Below the pieces are notes generated by a model. That model did no database searches, had not been told where the DNA came from, and saw nothing but the letters and a program-made list of their open reading frames with translations. Made by a program: the position numbers and the translations under genes. A stretch of DNA of 64,000 nucleotides from Kondoa subrosea (lineage: Eukaryota): contig BCIN01000008.1 in assembly GCA_039545335.1 (NCBI GenBank), positions 62,001 to 126,000 of the forward strand, in the 5' to 3' direction. Position 1 is the first letter of the stretch. Every line of letters starts with the position of its first letter. Below, in pieces: positions 13,501 through 26,072 of the stretch.

Positions 13501-14992
13501 GTCACTGGCAATTTCTCCATTTCCGAAATCGCTGTAGAGCGCAAAACATCTGATGTCGCTCAAGTTTCGTCTACTGGGCAGCAAGGACTAGTGTCTTTCA
13601 AAGCAATGCTTGGCGTCATGGAGGCCAGCCTACAATCAGAAAACCGCAAGCTTCTGCTGTTTGGCTCTGAGCCAATGTACCTGACCGTTACAGATGATTG
13701 GTCCGCCAGCGCTGCCCTTCTTCTCGACTTCTCAATTGGCCTCGGATCTATGAAATTGCTGACAAGTAATCAGACCGCCCCTATCCTATTACGCTATTAT
13801 GACGACGTGAAGCAGCTACTTGAAGATGCGTATGCAAAGGCTCAACAGATGGTCCCTGCGCGGCAGAAAGAAAAGCAATCGGCGCAGGCTATTCTAGCTG
13901 CCACCGCTGCAAGTCTCTCGCCGACCGGAAAGCAACTAGGTAACAATAAGCTTGGACCAATAGAGCTTTTGCGTGCAAATCGTTTGTTCTTCGAGCTCGT
14001 CAGCCTTCAAATCGTTGCCTTCGGTGACAACTTCGACGCAACGGAAGCTTATCGCCTCGATACGGGTCGAATGACAGCTACTCTAGCTACGGATGTGACC
14101 GAGAGCAACCAGATTCGTCGAAACCTTTCTGTTTACATGGATACCATCCGAGTTCGTCGATACGAAATTTCTAACGTACCTAAGGAGAAAGGCTTCAAAG
14201 CTGAAGATTGGATCGAAGCTGTCGACAGAGCTTACGATGAGCTTGTTGTACTCTTTCCCAAGGTTGCGATTGATCAAGAATCGACACAAGAATCATTTGA
14301 ACATGGCGAGAAGCTCAAACATGTGTCAAAGGTCGATTATGGCGGCACAGCATCTGATTCCTCATTGAACCCAAACACCATCAATCGAGCTTCCTATGTA
14401 CGCTAGATTTCTTTTACCTCTTGCTACATGTGTGCAAATGCTGAGCAGATTCTCAACAGTTTGTCGTCCAATACAAGACTTTGCTTAAACAGGCCAGAAC
14501 AGATGGTCATACTACGCTAGCTGTGGCTCAAACTCCTGAGATGATCGCCGCCAAGCCACTGCTTCCAGCAGAAGCAAGCTCTGATAATCAGCCAATCGAG
14601 ACATACGCCAAAACGCGAGAAGGCAAACGATTAGTAATCACAGGAGATGCTAAACAAGTAGCAAAGTTCCGATACGCACTGACAGGAGTTTGTAAGTCCT
14701 GTTTTAGCCTGGGTTTAAATTCAGACTCTTATCTCAGGATCTCTCGATACAGGGACTTCTAATATTCTGCAATATTTCATCAAGCAATATAGTCATGCCA
14801 AGGTTCCTCAGTATATCCACATTTGTGAGTTCGCATGAAGCGCTTTCGACTCTTACTACGCTGATCACTGGTAACGGTTCAGATATTACTTTACCACTCG
14901 AAGATATCCTCAAGATCTTGTACGAACGTTACGAAACGACATTAAGGGGTAGATTAGATCGTCATCGCAAGAACCAAATAGCTTCATCATAG
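4560..14992 (+). CDS. CSF1: Csf1/BLTP1-family bridge-like lipid transfer protein (~3000 aa, multi-exon)
   Basis: N-terminal TM followed by FYLNRFLAAVIAWAVRRWFW...IGSVQISLLGGRILFRDVRY, ITYGPWADRQR and IRIPTREPSKDWKY. Long co-linear ORFs are joined by short introns. Confidence 0.92.
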
Positions 14993-15773
14993 TCGTTTTT
15001 TCTTTCTGTAACATAGTAATCAACATTCGCAATTCTCTTTGTAAACATAGCAGTGGGGTATATCAGTCTGTAATGAGCATATTCTGGGGATTTTGGGTTG
15101 CAAGAATGTCATTTGTCTTGACTGCATCAATATTAAGACAAGCTGATTGTTTGACGACAAATAAGTGTCGCGATCTGAACCTGTCGCTTAAATTTGCGCT
15201 CGCACCTAGGCAAGAGCGATAATTCGAATAATTCGACGTTTGGCGTGTCTTCCGAAACATTGCAGACCGCGCAAGTCCCTATATGACAGCAGAAAGGTGA
15301 TTATGATATCCAGCTGACATGGAAGAGTTCTGAGATATAAGCACCCAATCGTCAGCACCTTGCGAGTAGATACGATCTGTACCAAGAGCAACTCGCAACA
15401 TGCACTTCAAAAGCTTGACTAACGGAAGAAGATGAAGAAGAGGAGGAGAAAGAACAGGACATGATAAAAACGGGGCAGATCAACGCACATGACACAGAAA
15501 CCGTAAGTATGGGCACACGAAGCAGCGAGCAAAGGCAATAAAATCTCGAGCATGACGCATTGACGATCTGTTTTTTTGTTTGAGAGCGGGACGATTTCAA
15601 GTCAAGTCGCTGCTACTCAGCAGATAGAGGACAATACTGCTGTCACAGCAGCATGCGACTCGTCGACATTAAGTCGGCCGCCGACATGGTCGCCGAAAAG
15701 ACGTTTTCCTTTGATTTGTGTGACAGAAGGCTTATTCCAAGTCGCTGACTCAGTAGCCTTCGAACAGCAAAAT

Positions 15774-17475
15774 ATGGCGCTTCTTAACGCTGACAACCTA
15801 AATCAACCACGCAAGACGAAGACTAACCGTCCGCAACTACTACGCGGACAAACTTCGGCCTTGAATTTGAGGGAATCAATGCTGAGCAAAGAGCAGGCTC
15901 AAACGAGGCTCCGTTCTCGTTCTTTGGTCAATGGAGCTCTAGCAAGTAGCAGGGATGAATATGTAGCCCAAACTTCAGCAAAGAATCCATTTCAAGCTGG
16001 GACATCGCCTGTTGCAAGTTCTTCTGCTCTTCCTTTAACGCCTGCTAGTCCTGCTATTCGAATCTCAAGTCATGATCTAGATAGCTCGTCAACTACAGAC
16101 GAGTCTACTCCGCCTCAGACGCCAGTGGATGATGACACTCAAAATCCTCAAATAGCATTCTCGCCTCACCTTCGACCTAGACGTAGTTCGCTTGAACTCT
16201 ACAAGCCAATAGATATCAAGGGAAAGAAAAGGGCTTTCAACCAAGAATTGGCAGAGGCGCATGGATCCGATGGGTGGACATCGATCGTTATTGCTCCAAC
16301 ACCCAAGTATGAACGTTCAGCTTTTGCATTCACTGCACTCGACGACAATTCGTCTGGTAAAGCGCCAAGATTAGGACAACGAAGGCAGACATTGGATGCA
16401 TTGGATTCACCATTACGTTCTGCAATTTCTGCTCAAGCAGATGTGGTTGGGCCCATAGAAGGGCCACCGGGCGTTTACTCCTTAGCTGGACCTATCGTGA
16501 TGCTCTTTGTCATATTTGCCGCTTCAACAGCAATCGTTGTCTACGCAATTTCTACTCTGCAACTTTCAATGCCGAAATCGATAGCACAAGTGTTGGAAGA
16601 AGCTACAGCGCTTAAAGCGTACTCAAAGACTTCAAATTTGGCCTCGATACATATTGTTTGCGTGCTGGGATTACTTTTTATATGGAAGCAAGCATTTTCG
16701 AGTGAGCAAATATTGATTCATGGACATTGGCGTTGCTGACTCTACAATAGTACCTGGCTCTATTCTCAGCAACGTTCTCTTCGGCTCTCTCTACGGCGTC
16801 TTCTACGCTACTCTACTCAGCTCTTTCGGCACAGCAGTCGGCTCTTTGGCTTGCTATTATATGTCAAGCAAATGCGGACCGTTAGTTCGATATCTCATGC
16901 CAAAACCATTAGCAACTCTGCAAGCCAACATTGACGCCAAAACTAAATCCAAAGCTGATCTCTTCAGCTATCTTCTTCTGATGCGACTTTTCCCTCTTTT
17001 ACCTTATGCAGTTCTCAACATCGCCGGTGGTGTGCTCAACGTACCTACCACTACTTTCTTCTGGACTCTAGTACTAGGCTCCATCCCCTTCAATGCCGTT
17101 ACTACCCAAGTTGGCGATTTGTTAGCAGCTCTACCAGCTGATGCGGCTACTAACCTAAGTTCGATTTGGACACCTACACTTTTCTTCAAGTTGGTCTCGA
17201 TCTCCACTCTTTCAGCTTTACCTATTCTATTCAAGTCTCGTATTCAAACTTGGTTAGGCGGAGCAAGTAAAAGTCAAATCATGGAAAATGAAGAACCTTT
17301 GTTGGGTGCAAATATTGAGATGGAAGGGTATGAACGAAGGAAAGCGAGTGTGGATAGGAGTTCATATGATGGGAGTGAAGAGACCACTGAAGGAGGAGAT
17401 GAAGAAGTTGTGGAGAGTTTGTTTGAATTGGGTGAGACTCTGGCTATTGGGGCAGCAACGGTCGCGCTTGTATAG
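15774..17475 (+). CDS. VTT/DedA (SNARE-associated Golgi; TMEM41/Tvp38-like) membrane protein with long disordered N-terminus
   Basis: FIWKQAFS-IPGSILSNVLFGSLYG and YLLLMRLFPLLPYAVLNI motifs. One intron at about 16702-16750. Confidence 0.88.
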
Positions 17476-17744
17476 GAAATAGGTATTATGTACTTGTATA
17501 TTACTGGTAATCTTTAGACTCCTTGCGTTCCAGCGCTGGTCCACCGATGCTGAAACGAGTTTTGTAAGCTCCTCACCAAAAATTTCAAAGAAATTTGAAG
17601 TTGCCTTTTCTCTCAAGTGCATTTCATTGCTACGTCTCTAGGTGCGCTCTAGCATTCTCTCATCATACCAATAAGACTGATCCACCTGTCTGCAGTCACC
17701 GCTGCTCAATCTCCCACCCTTTTCAACTTTACCAGAAAAGCAAG

Positions 17745-18496
17745 ATGAGTTGTGCGTAGAGGATTCAAGGCTGCTTAGTGTCGAGCTCAGACATCATTCG
17801 ACAATGCACAGACGTCGCTAAAGGCGAGAAAGATTACGACCCAGCTGGAGGAGCTCCCGCTCAATCTCACCGCATTCGTATCACCTTGTCCTCTCGCAAG
17901 GTCAAGAACCTTGAGAAGGGTAAGTTTACTCTGTCTCTATATGAATGTTGAGTAAGTATTGATTGTGATGCGTAGTCTGCACCGATCTGGTCAACCGTGC
18001 CAAAGACAAGGATCTTCGTGTCAAGGGTCCCGTCAGACTCCCTACCAAAGTGAGCTTATCCAACAGGCAGACTCCACTTGAATACTGACCTGATCTACAC
18101 AGACTCTTCGCATCACCACTCGTAAAACTGTATGCCTTCCGACGGCTTCATGTTTTAAGGAATGCTAATCTGCTGGCATGTTTAGCCTTGTGGTGAAGGT
18201 ACGACCGAGTCTTATTAGTAGCGACTTCGTTCGCTGATCGCATGACGATTACAGGTTCAAAGACTTGGGACAGATTCGAGATGCGCGTTCACAAGCGTTT
18301 GATCGATTTGACCTCGCCAGCCGAGATTGTCAAGCAGATCGTAAGATCACCTATTCGTCACTCTCTCCTACTTACTGATGCAATTCTACCAGACCTCTAT
18401 GTCCATGTTGGTGCTCCCTCACATTCTATAGTGTCTTTGCTGACACTCGTTCACAGCGAGCCTGATGTGTCTGTTGAAGTCACCATTTCGGCCTAA
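17745..18496 (+). CDS. RPS20: 40S ribosomal protein S20 (uS10)
   Basis: Spliced [53 protein letters not shown] and [13 protein letters not shown] probable 5'UTR intron lies at 17642-17695. Confidence 0.97.
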
Positions 18497-18911
18497 ACGG
18501 CGAACAGGATGCGAGTGCCAGCTATAGGTCAATGCAACGCATCGTAGATGCTTCTTGGACTCATCACGTAGACTTGTCCCCTCTTCTCGCTACTCGTCTG
18601 GTCTCTTCTATTCTCCCGTTCCCGTTTATAACGAAACAGCCCCGCGTGCAATTTTTTACACTATAGAAACATTCAACGATCTATGCTTCAGCATGTTACA
18701 AATGACTTTCGCGCGACTCTGATTATGCTATGCTTGGGGTTGGGTCCATCCAGTACGAATACACCGCTCATGAGATTTGATTCTGTGCTGGTGTTTGTCA
18801 AGCGAGAATCTTCGAAGGAAATGAGAAACGCACTGTAGGAATTTCTAGCTCTGAGTAGCTCTATCCGCTTCTATTCATCCCATGGACCTGATTTTATATA
18901 GCACGTTCTCC

Positions 18912-20077
18912 TTATAGCTTCCTCAGACCAGCGCTACGCCTGATCCGCTCAAATTCTGGCGAGTGATAAAACTGATTCATCTCTGACCAATCTTCATCCC
19001 AAATCTTGGTCAACCATTGAAGGCCATCGTTATCATATTCCTTGTTCCAAATCTTTTGATGCGCTACCATGAGCTGACCCTCTTCATCTGCTCGCGGAAA
19101 CACCCCGTTCCATTTTCTAGGTAAATGTTTGGCCGGGAAAGGACTTTGATAACCAAAAGACCAGGCAAACAATCCTTGCTCCATCACTTCGCTATCGTAC
19201 GAATCGGTTTCTGGTGCCAAACGAAGTAAACGTTGATGCATCCGCTTTTCCGGTTTGAAAATAAGTAAACCACCATTGATGCCTTGGTCGGCGAAATCCC
19301 ATAAAGGTACACCAGCCATAATATAATCGCATATCTCTCTAGCGTGCGGTCTATCGTGCTTGTCCAATTTATCTTCTTTACATTGCTGTAAAGTAGCTAG
19401 ATTAAAGAGTTCGTCGACATTGTGGAGCGGAAAAGCGTCCGAGTCAAAGTAGGCTATCTTGGAAAATTGAGTTTGATTCCACATGTTTAGCTTGGTGAAT
19501 TGATCGCGCCATCTGAGGAAAGGGATTTTGATGCGATCAGGAATGCAATGCTTTCTGAAAACTCGACTTACCGCTCGGAGTTTAATCCTTGTACTTTCGG
19601 TGGGATCTCAATCAATGGAATCTCGATCACATGAGCTCCTTCTGCCATTAGCATATCCCTCTTCCATTGATCTACAAAAGGCGGAACAAAGACAGTGAAA
19701 GGCTTGTCTTTCGATTTGGATTGCGGTCGCCATAAAAAGTGATAGATCATAGCTCGGGTAGCGAGAAAATAAATGTCATACTGAGAATGATCTCTTGTGC
19801 AAAGCAGAGTTGCGAAAGTCCGTCTTTCTGGGTGTGGGAAGTTGTGAGCTTCATAGTGCTTGAAGACGTTGATCTTCTCTTGACTTAGAGCGAAGAAAGT
19901 GTGCGGATAGTTTGCTTCCGGCTGAGGAACATTGTAATGTGTTCGAGCCAAATCATATGCGGTTGGCGCAAATGAAAAGGGATTCTTTACTATACCAAAG
20001 AGAAACAAGCAAGCGACTAGGAAGCCTCCTATAGCTGTGCGAAAGTTGCGATTTGACAGAATATTATTCCTGTGCAT
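18912..20077 (-). CDS. Glycosyltransferase family 8 (GNT1/glycogenin-like), type II membrane
   Basis: N-terminal TM; RWRDQFTKLNMWNQTQFSKIAYFDSDAFPLHNVDELF (DxD), INGGLLIFKP, EQGL and HQKIW. Two exons. Confidence 0.88.
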
Positions 20078-21188
20078 TGCGATGTTGACTGGCCAGCAGC
20101 CAAGAGGGCGAGCCTCAAGGCTTTTCTCTTCTTTTATCTACGACTCGTGCTTGGAGTGTGAGCAGCTGCTACACTAAGAGGGATAGGCCGTCGCTGTCAA
20201 GAGCAAGAAGAACAGGCAGGCACCCAGTGAAAATCCTAGCAGGTCAATTTTGGCAAGACGTCAAGTCAATGTACGCTTCAAGGAACGGATGCTCTGACAG
20301 ATGGCTATACAAGTCTCTCATACAAGACTCTGCACGCAAGATCAGCAGGAATTCCGAAGTTTCATTTCGTTACTGTGCTTATGTAATCTATCGCTTCACC
20401 GCCGTCAAACAGCAAAGACCCAGAACGATCTGGCTTTTGTCCGCAGACTGATGCAGCTTGGATGAACACTAGAGCGGCGCATGCAGCACTCAAAGAGGCC
20501 GTACAGCAAAAGAGAGAGACCCAGTGATGCTTAATCTACCTCAAGCTGAACATGTCTTTTCAACCAGAACATCACGCTAGGCAATCGGACTTGCTGTCTT
20601 CGATACTTTGGGGATACGATGCATGTGCTTGGACGAGGACCATGCTATTCCGTTTCCTTGATTTCGTCTGATTTCTTCTCCTCGCGAATGCAATAGTCTT
20701 CGGTGAAGTTCGGTTCGCTTCATGCCAGAAAGGTTCCCGCTTTGGCACGGATGTGTTCTTTCTAATGCGAGGTAGAGTGCAGATCAGATGACTTCATTGC
20801 ACTTTCGCATTGACACCGAAGGTTGCGGGTAAAGCCTTATTCATGTGCCGGGGCCGACTGGCCAGGCATTTGAATGTGGTCATTTTTTATTCTCCTTTAA
20901 GGCACCGAATTGAATGATGTCTCACATGATCGCTCGGTTGCAGTAACTTCATGTGCTCATTTTGTACTCTCCCCTTTCCTAAGAGGGTTTCTACCTTTCT
21001 GGGCCCATTTTTTGCTGTGAATCCACCATCAACAAGTGCTAATACCTTCGTTCTCACCATACCGAGCATCCTCCTGCGAGTTCTTTGACGCGGAGTTAAT
21101 CTAGAAAGCCGTACCAGCAAGAGCTTGAACTTCTATTTACCTTTTTTGATCAAGAATTCGTTTCAAGCACTCGTCAAAACACCACATC

Positions 21189-22068
21189 ATGAAGATAGCT
21201 GCAACAACGGCTGTCTGCCTCACCTTCTTTCTATCACAAGCTAATGCTATAGCAATTCCTTTTTCGTAAGTTTGACTTTTCACGCACCCACGGAAACCGT
21301 GAATGTCTTTGGCTAAAGGCGATGTTGTTTTGCTGTGCATGCAGAAACTCTGAATTCTCACTCAACAGAAGAAACAACAACATATGCCCAAGGACAACAA
21401 AGATGTATGAATGGTGCGATGCTGTCTCGCGATGCTGTATGCCAGGATATGGCTGTAAGTTTTTAAGGTTTCGGGTGTGCATTGTGAGGCAATGCTGACA
21501 TCGCCTCGTAGGCAATACTTGCGGTGAAGGCAATGTTGGACAATCTTGCGTAAAGAGAGAGAAAGATGGATGCAAGTCCGACAAGTGAGACATGTTTCCC
21601 TTCCAGAGACTTTTCTCGGTCTGATCGCGCTTTTACCTTTTGCTTCCCACAGAGATTGCTATTGGAGTCAGAAATGCATCAATAACGGCAGAGAACCTAG
21701 TTTCTGCGCTCAATTATGGGTTGACACTCCACCCGCAAAGAAACCCTCAAAGACATCTCTTCTTCCAGCAGCAAGCAGTTTCGCCGGTAGTTTCGCAAAC
21801 AGTGCAAGCAGCTTCGCCATGGCCAGCAGCTTCATGATTGCGCCTACTGGAATGGGTCCACCAGGCAACCCAATGCCAATGGCTACCAAGATGCCAGGCG
21901 CCCCTAATGGCCCAATGCCTCAACAGCCTAAGATGCCAGGAGAAGGACCAGTTAGTTTTCTCGACTGTTCAAAAGTTCCCACTTTTACTGATCTCCGAAT
22001 CTTACCATATTCAGAAGGGACCACCTATGGCAACTGCACCGCCAATGAAAGCACAGCCAACGGCGTAG
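21189..22068 (+). CDS. Small secreted cysteine-rich protein with Pro/Met-rich tail
   Basis: Signal peptide MKIAATTAVCLTFFLSQANA. Five exons give an 11-Cys region followed by PGAPNGPMPQQPKMPG...KAQPTA*. Confidence 0.75.
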
Positions 22069-22356
22069 AATGCATTATGGACAATCTCTTAGTATCAACA
22101 TTGCAATTATTGTAGACCATCCTGCTTCTTTGTTCTGTTTCAGTGGAAAAACTCTCTTTTTGGGTCGATTTTTTGATTGTACAGAATAGCAAAGCAGACC
22201 ACATTCGTTTGAAATTGTATCATAGACAAGGGTTAATGAAATCACGTAGCGCGATATCACTTTCGATCGATCCGAACCTCAAGGACGCGATGAGATTAGG
22301 ATATAGGTTAAAATGCAATGCGGCGGGCATAAGTAAGTATTCTACAGTGCCAAAGA

Positions 22357-23955
22357 TTACTTCTGAATCTTCATATTCCAATGGTACGACTCCCTCAGCC
22401 TAAATAACATGCTATCTGCCCAAAGTCTGCAGCCAAATTTAGTCTAATCTTTCAAGACGAGCTAACAAGGACAGCTCACGATCTGAACGCTTCACCAGGA
22501 TGTACCTTATCCTTGTAAAACTGTTGCAATCGATTGAGTTATGATCAATCTTTAAAGAGTGCCATGAATTACCTCTGAATGCCCCCTGATCATTGAACCC
22601 GTTTCGTCCACATTCCACCTCTCCCTCCTCTGACTGATCACATCGTTTGCAACATTTGTCAATTGAGTATTCCTTGCGCACGGAACATGAAATTGTCCGC
22701 ATGGAACATCATGCCCTCTTCGCCATATCAGAGTGGATTGAGGGAATGCTGATTCAATCTTGTCCAGAGCTGTATTGAGTCGAGCTCGATACCAATCTAG
22801 TCGTTCTGGTGAAGAGAAAGGTGCATGCACGACATCTTCTGAAGACGCTGTTGCTCCGTCGATCTCAGAGAAGTGCATCACTGAGAGTTATAGATCAGAT
22901 AGGATTTTGAGAGAGGAAAGGAGGGTGGAAGAGTACTTACCGTCCCACATGCACGACGAAAACTGAACAGCATCTGCTTTGAAACCTGCTTTTTGCAATG
23001 TTCCAAGCACCCAATGGTCCACTCGCTCTTTCAACTCGACTGGTGCAAACTGAATGAAATCATTTCGTCAGCTGAGATGCGAATGGCGAAGCACAAGCGA
23101 AGACGGACATAATGCGGTCTTCCAAATACTTTCTCTTGCTGCTCGAATTCTGCATATTCTGCCACTCCATCTATACATCTTTGAGACGAGAATTATAGAG
23201 ATCGTTGCAGGGGTAGCTTACAGTGAAAGAAGCTGAGCAGATTGAAGTTGAGTCCGCCTTTATTCACTTTACACCTATGTGGTCGGCCGCTGCAACCAAA
23301 AAAAAATCAAGACTTCTGTCTCGCAGCTGTCGCAGCGCTGACTGACTCTGCTACCCATGTTCTCATGTACTCTTCATTCTCCCTCAATTCATCTCGACCA
23401 TTCTTGAACCCCGGAGGTGAGAAAGCATGATTTATATCGATGAGACTGAGTTCTCCGCCCACCAAGTCGCAGAAGTAGTCCAAAGAGAAGCGCTCAATAC
23501 TGTCGCCTATCATAACCCTATTCCCATCACAATCAAAGTCAGAACATCTGATCGCTTTAGATTAGATTAAATTGAAAGTACATTGTCTTGTCTGCTAGCC
23601 ATGGCAATGCTAGTCTTTTGTCTCTGTTGCCAAGTACAAGATGAGCACAAGATCATTTGAAGCTCCATCCAAAAGTAACTGACATTGAATCTGAATCCAA
23701 GATAGCTTGTACCAGTGGCATCAGATGACTAGTCGGACACGACGCATTGAAAGGTTTCCAGTATGTGCTGGTTATATTCTCCACATTGAGAAAGAGAGCT
23801 CCAGGTTGAGAGAATGGATCACAAGCGCCTTGCTGCGAATCTCGAACAACAGGTCTTCGCCAATACAGGAAAGTGACTATAGTGAGGATAAAGAAAGCAG
23901 ATCGAAAGAGTAGATCTAGTGAAGGTGAGAGTATTTTCCGTCTGAAGATGCTCAT
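22357..23955 (-). CDS. CAP64/CAS3-like SGNH-fold protein (putative polysaccharide O-acetyl transferase/esterase)
   Basis: N-terminal TM, CDPFSQPG..WKPFNASC, MIGDSIER..FC and C-terminal DKVHP (DxxH). An alternative ATG lies at 24024. Confidence 0.75.
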
Positions 23956-24365
23956 GAATTGAGACGAAGAGTTTGAATTGTCGGATTTTGCTGAAGCCGC
24001 GAATTCAAAGACCGGCGCGGACATCCCACTCAATGCAGAGGTCCAAGCACTCTGATTCTGCGGGGAAGGATGAAGAAGATTAAAGTGCTATATCATGCAA
24101 GCTGAGGTAAGTAGTCTATCTTGCCTCCTGCATGGGCGCGTTCCTTGACTTTCAATGCCGATCATTTTCACATTCCAGGCGCGCCCTTGTCGCTCATCCG
24201 CCAGTCTAGGCATCTGGTCCCTGTCGTCCATCAAGTTCCTGACAAACCACCATCGCAACGGACTGCCAAAGCAGGGCCGTCGGACACTGTGATAAATTGG
24301 AAAATTAATAAAAGCAAATCAACATTAGACGACACAGCAGAAGCGAAAGCGACGAGAAGGCAGGC

Positions 24366-25986
24366 ATGCTGGGTAGGAAGAATGCGCATACAAGAGCCAA
24401 CAGTCTTTATGAAAAGATAGAAAGGCGCGACAATGCCAGAGCAAGAAAACGCTATCTGATAATAGCAACTGTGCTCTTCTCTGTCGGTCTGGTCCTATGG
24501 CTCCTCACTCGACAGTACGACGCTTTGCCTTTGGTCAAAGTCGTTGCAGCACCAAAGCCGAAGAAGAACCAAGTTGCATTTGTGGTTTTGACAGATCCAA
24601 GAGAAAATCATGATGAGAACGTAATTCCTATGCTGAGACATGTCGAAGAGAAATACGGTATGCTGCCTTTCTTCTTCTTCTCAGTAAATTTGCTCATTGG
24701 ATCTTTTGTCAGGCTGGACCGGTCATCCCTACTTTATCATGATTGATGGGGAATCTCTTCCTGAAGAACGCATCATAAATGCAACTCGAGATGCTACGAA
24801 TGGTAAAGCGACATGGATCTTGATTGATGAGAGCGTGGGTTGGGGCAAGCCTGCACACATTCCCGATGATATCTTGAAGTAAGTCCCTGCTCTACGGCAT
24901 CACCTTGGTCAGACTCTGATTGGAGGCGTTGTATAGTCTGGCCGTGCCCGAGCAGTATCATCACTTCTTCCCTGTACGACAGACTGTTCTTTACCAGTGG
25001 AAATAAAGCTAACGTGCTTGTAGGTTGGATATCACAACATGTGTCGTTAGTCTTTCTCTCTTCAGTAGCATTGCTTACCATGCAGAACTTTGTTTACAGG
25101 CTTCTATGGTGGCTTCGTAAGTGCTGTAGAGGGTCTTCGTCTATATGCTTCTAATCTTGTCTTCAGGCGTATTCGCATCCCAAACTCAAAGCCTTCGACT
25201 ACTTCTGGCGACTTGACAGCAATGTTAGATATCTCTGTGCACCACCTTTCGACCCAGCGCAATTCGTGATAGATAATGATCTTGATTATGGTCTGTCCCT
25301 TCTTTCGCAGCTGAATCTTAATGCAAGTTTAAACTTTGCCTGTACAGGCTTTATCCATGCGGAACCTGATGCGATAGTCACGCTCGACGGATTCGGCGAT
25401 ATGCTCAAGCGTTTCCTAGCTCTGGATACTACACAAGCTATGCTTCACCCAAAGAGCAATTACAAACGCTGGCTTTTTGATTGGGCGGATAATTATTCCT
25501 TTGCTAGTGTCTACAACAATATGGGTGCGCTCTCTTCCTTTTCGCCATCCGAAGCTAAGGGCTGAGTCTTCCTTTGTTTAGAAATCGTTTCTAGACGATT
25601 TTTCGAAAGCAAAGAATATCAAGCTTGGTTCCAATTCGTAGATCGGAACTCAACTGGTATTTATTCAAGACGCTATGGAGATGCGCCGATCAGATCTGCT
25701 GGTCTGTCCATGTTTGTAGATCCAGAGAAGGTAGCTTGGTTCGGGAGACAAATAGGTTGTGAGTTTGAACTTTGAATGTTCAACAAAGCCCATGTCCTGA
25801 TATATCTGTTTGACAGATGAGCATGAATGGATGTTGGCTACACCTGAAGAACCATGGAAATCAATGTATTGCGATGAATTGCCTTCGATGGAATTCAAGC
25901 TACCAGCAAATTCGCATCTGAATTGGTTTGGCGAATATCCAATCAAAGAACCACCTTTTGATCCTCTGTGGCTCAAAGGACGATAA
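24366..25986 (+). CDS. Glycosyltransferase family 15 (Kre2/Mnt1-like alpha-1,2-mannosyltransferase)
   Basis: Type II TM; YHNMCRFYGGF, FDYFWRLDSNVRYLC, FDP, YNNMEI and GIYSRRYGDAPIRS. Confidence 0.88.
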
Positions 25987-26072
25987 CGAATCGGAAACAT
26001 TTTTAACGAAACAGCATATGCAAAACATCGTAATTATATCCGGGTTATGTAGATAGCATCTTGTGCATTTCA

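Noticed and set aside
17693..17700. Homol-D-like CAGTCAC upstream of RPS20
   Set aside because: It coincides with the CAG acceptor of a probable 5'UTR intron.
18912..18923. C-terminal RKL of GT8 as a PTS1
   Set aside because: Non-consensus first residue, and the protein is a type II secretory-pathway enzyme.
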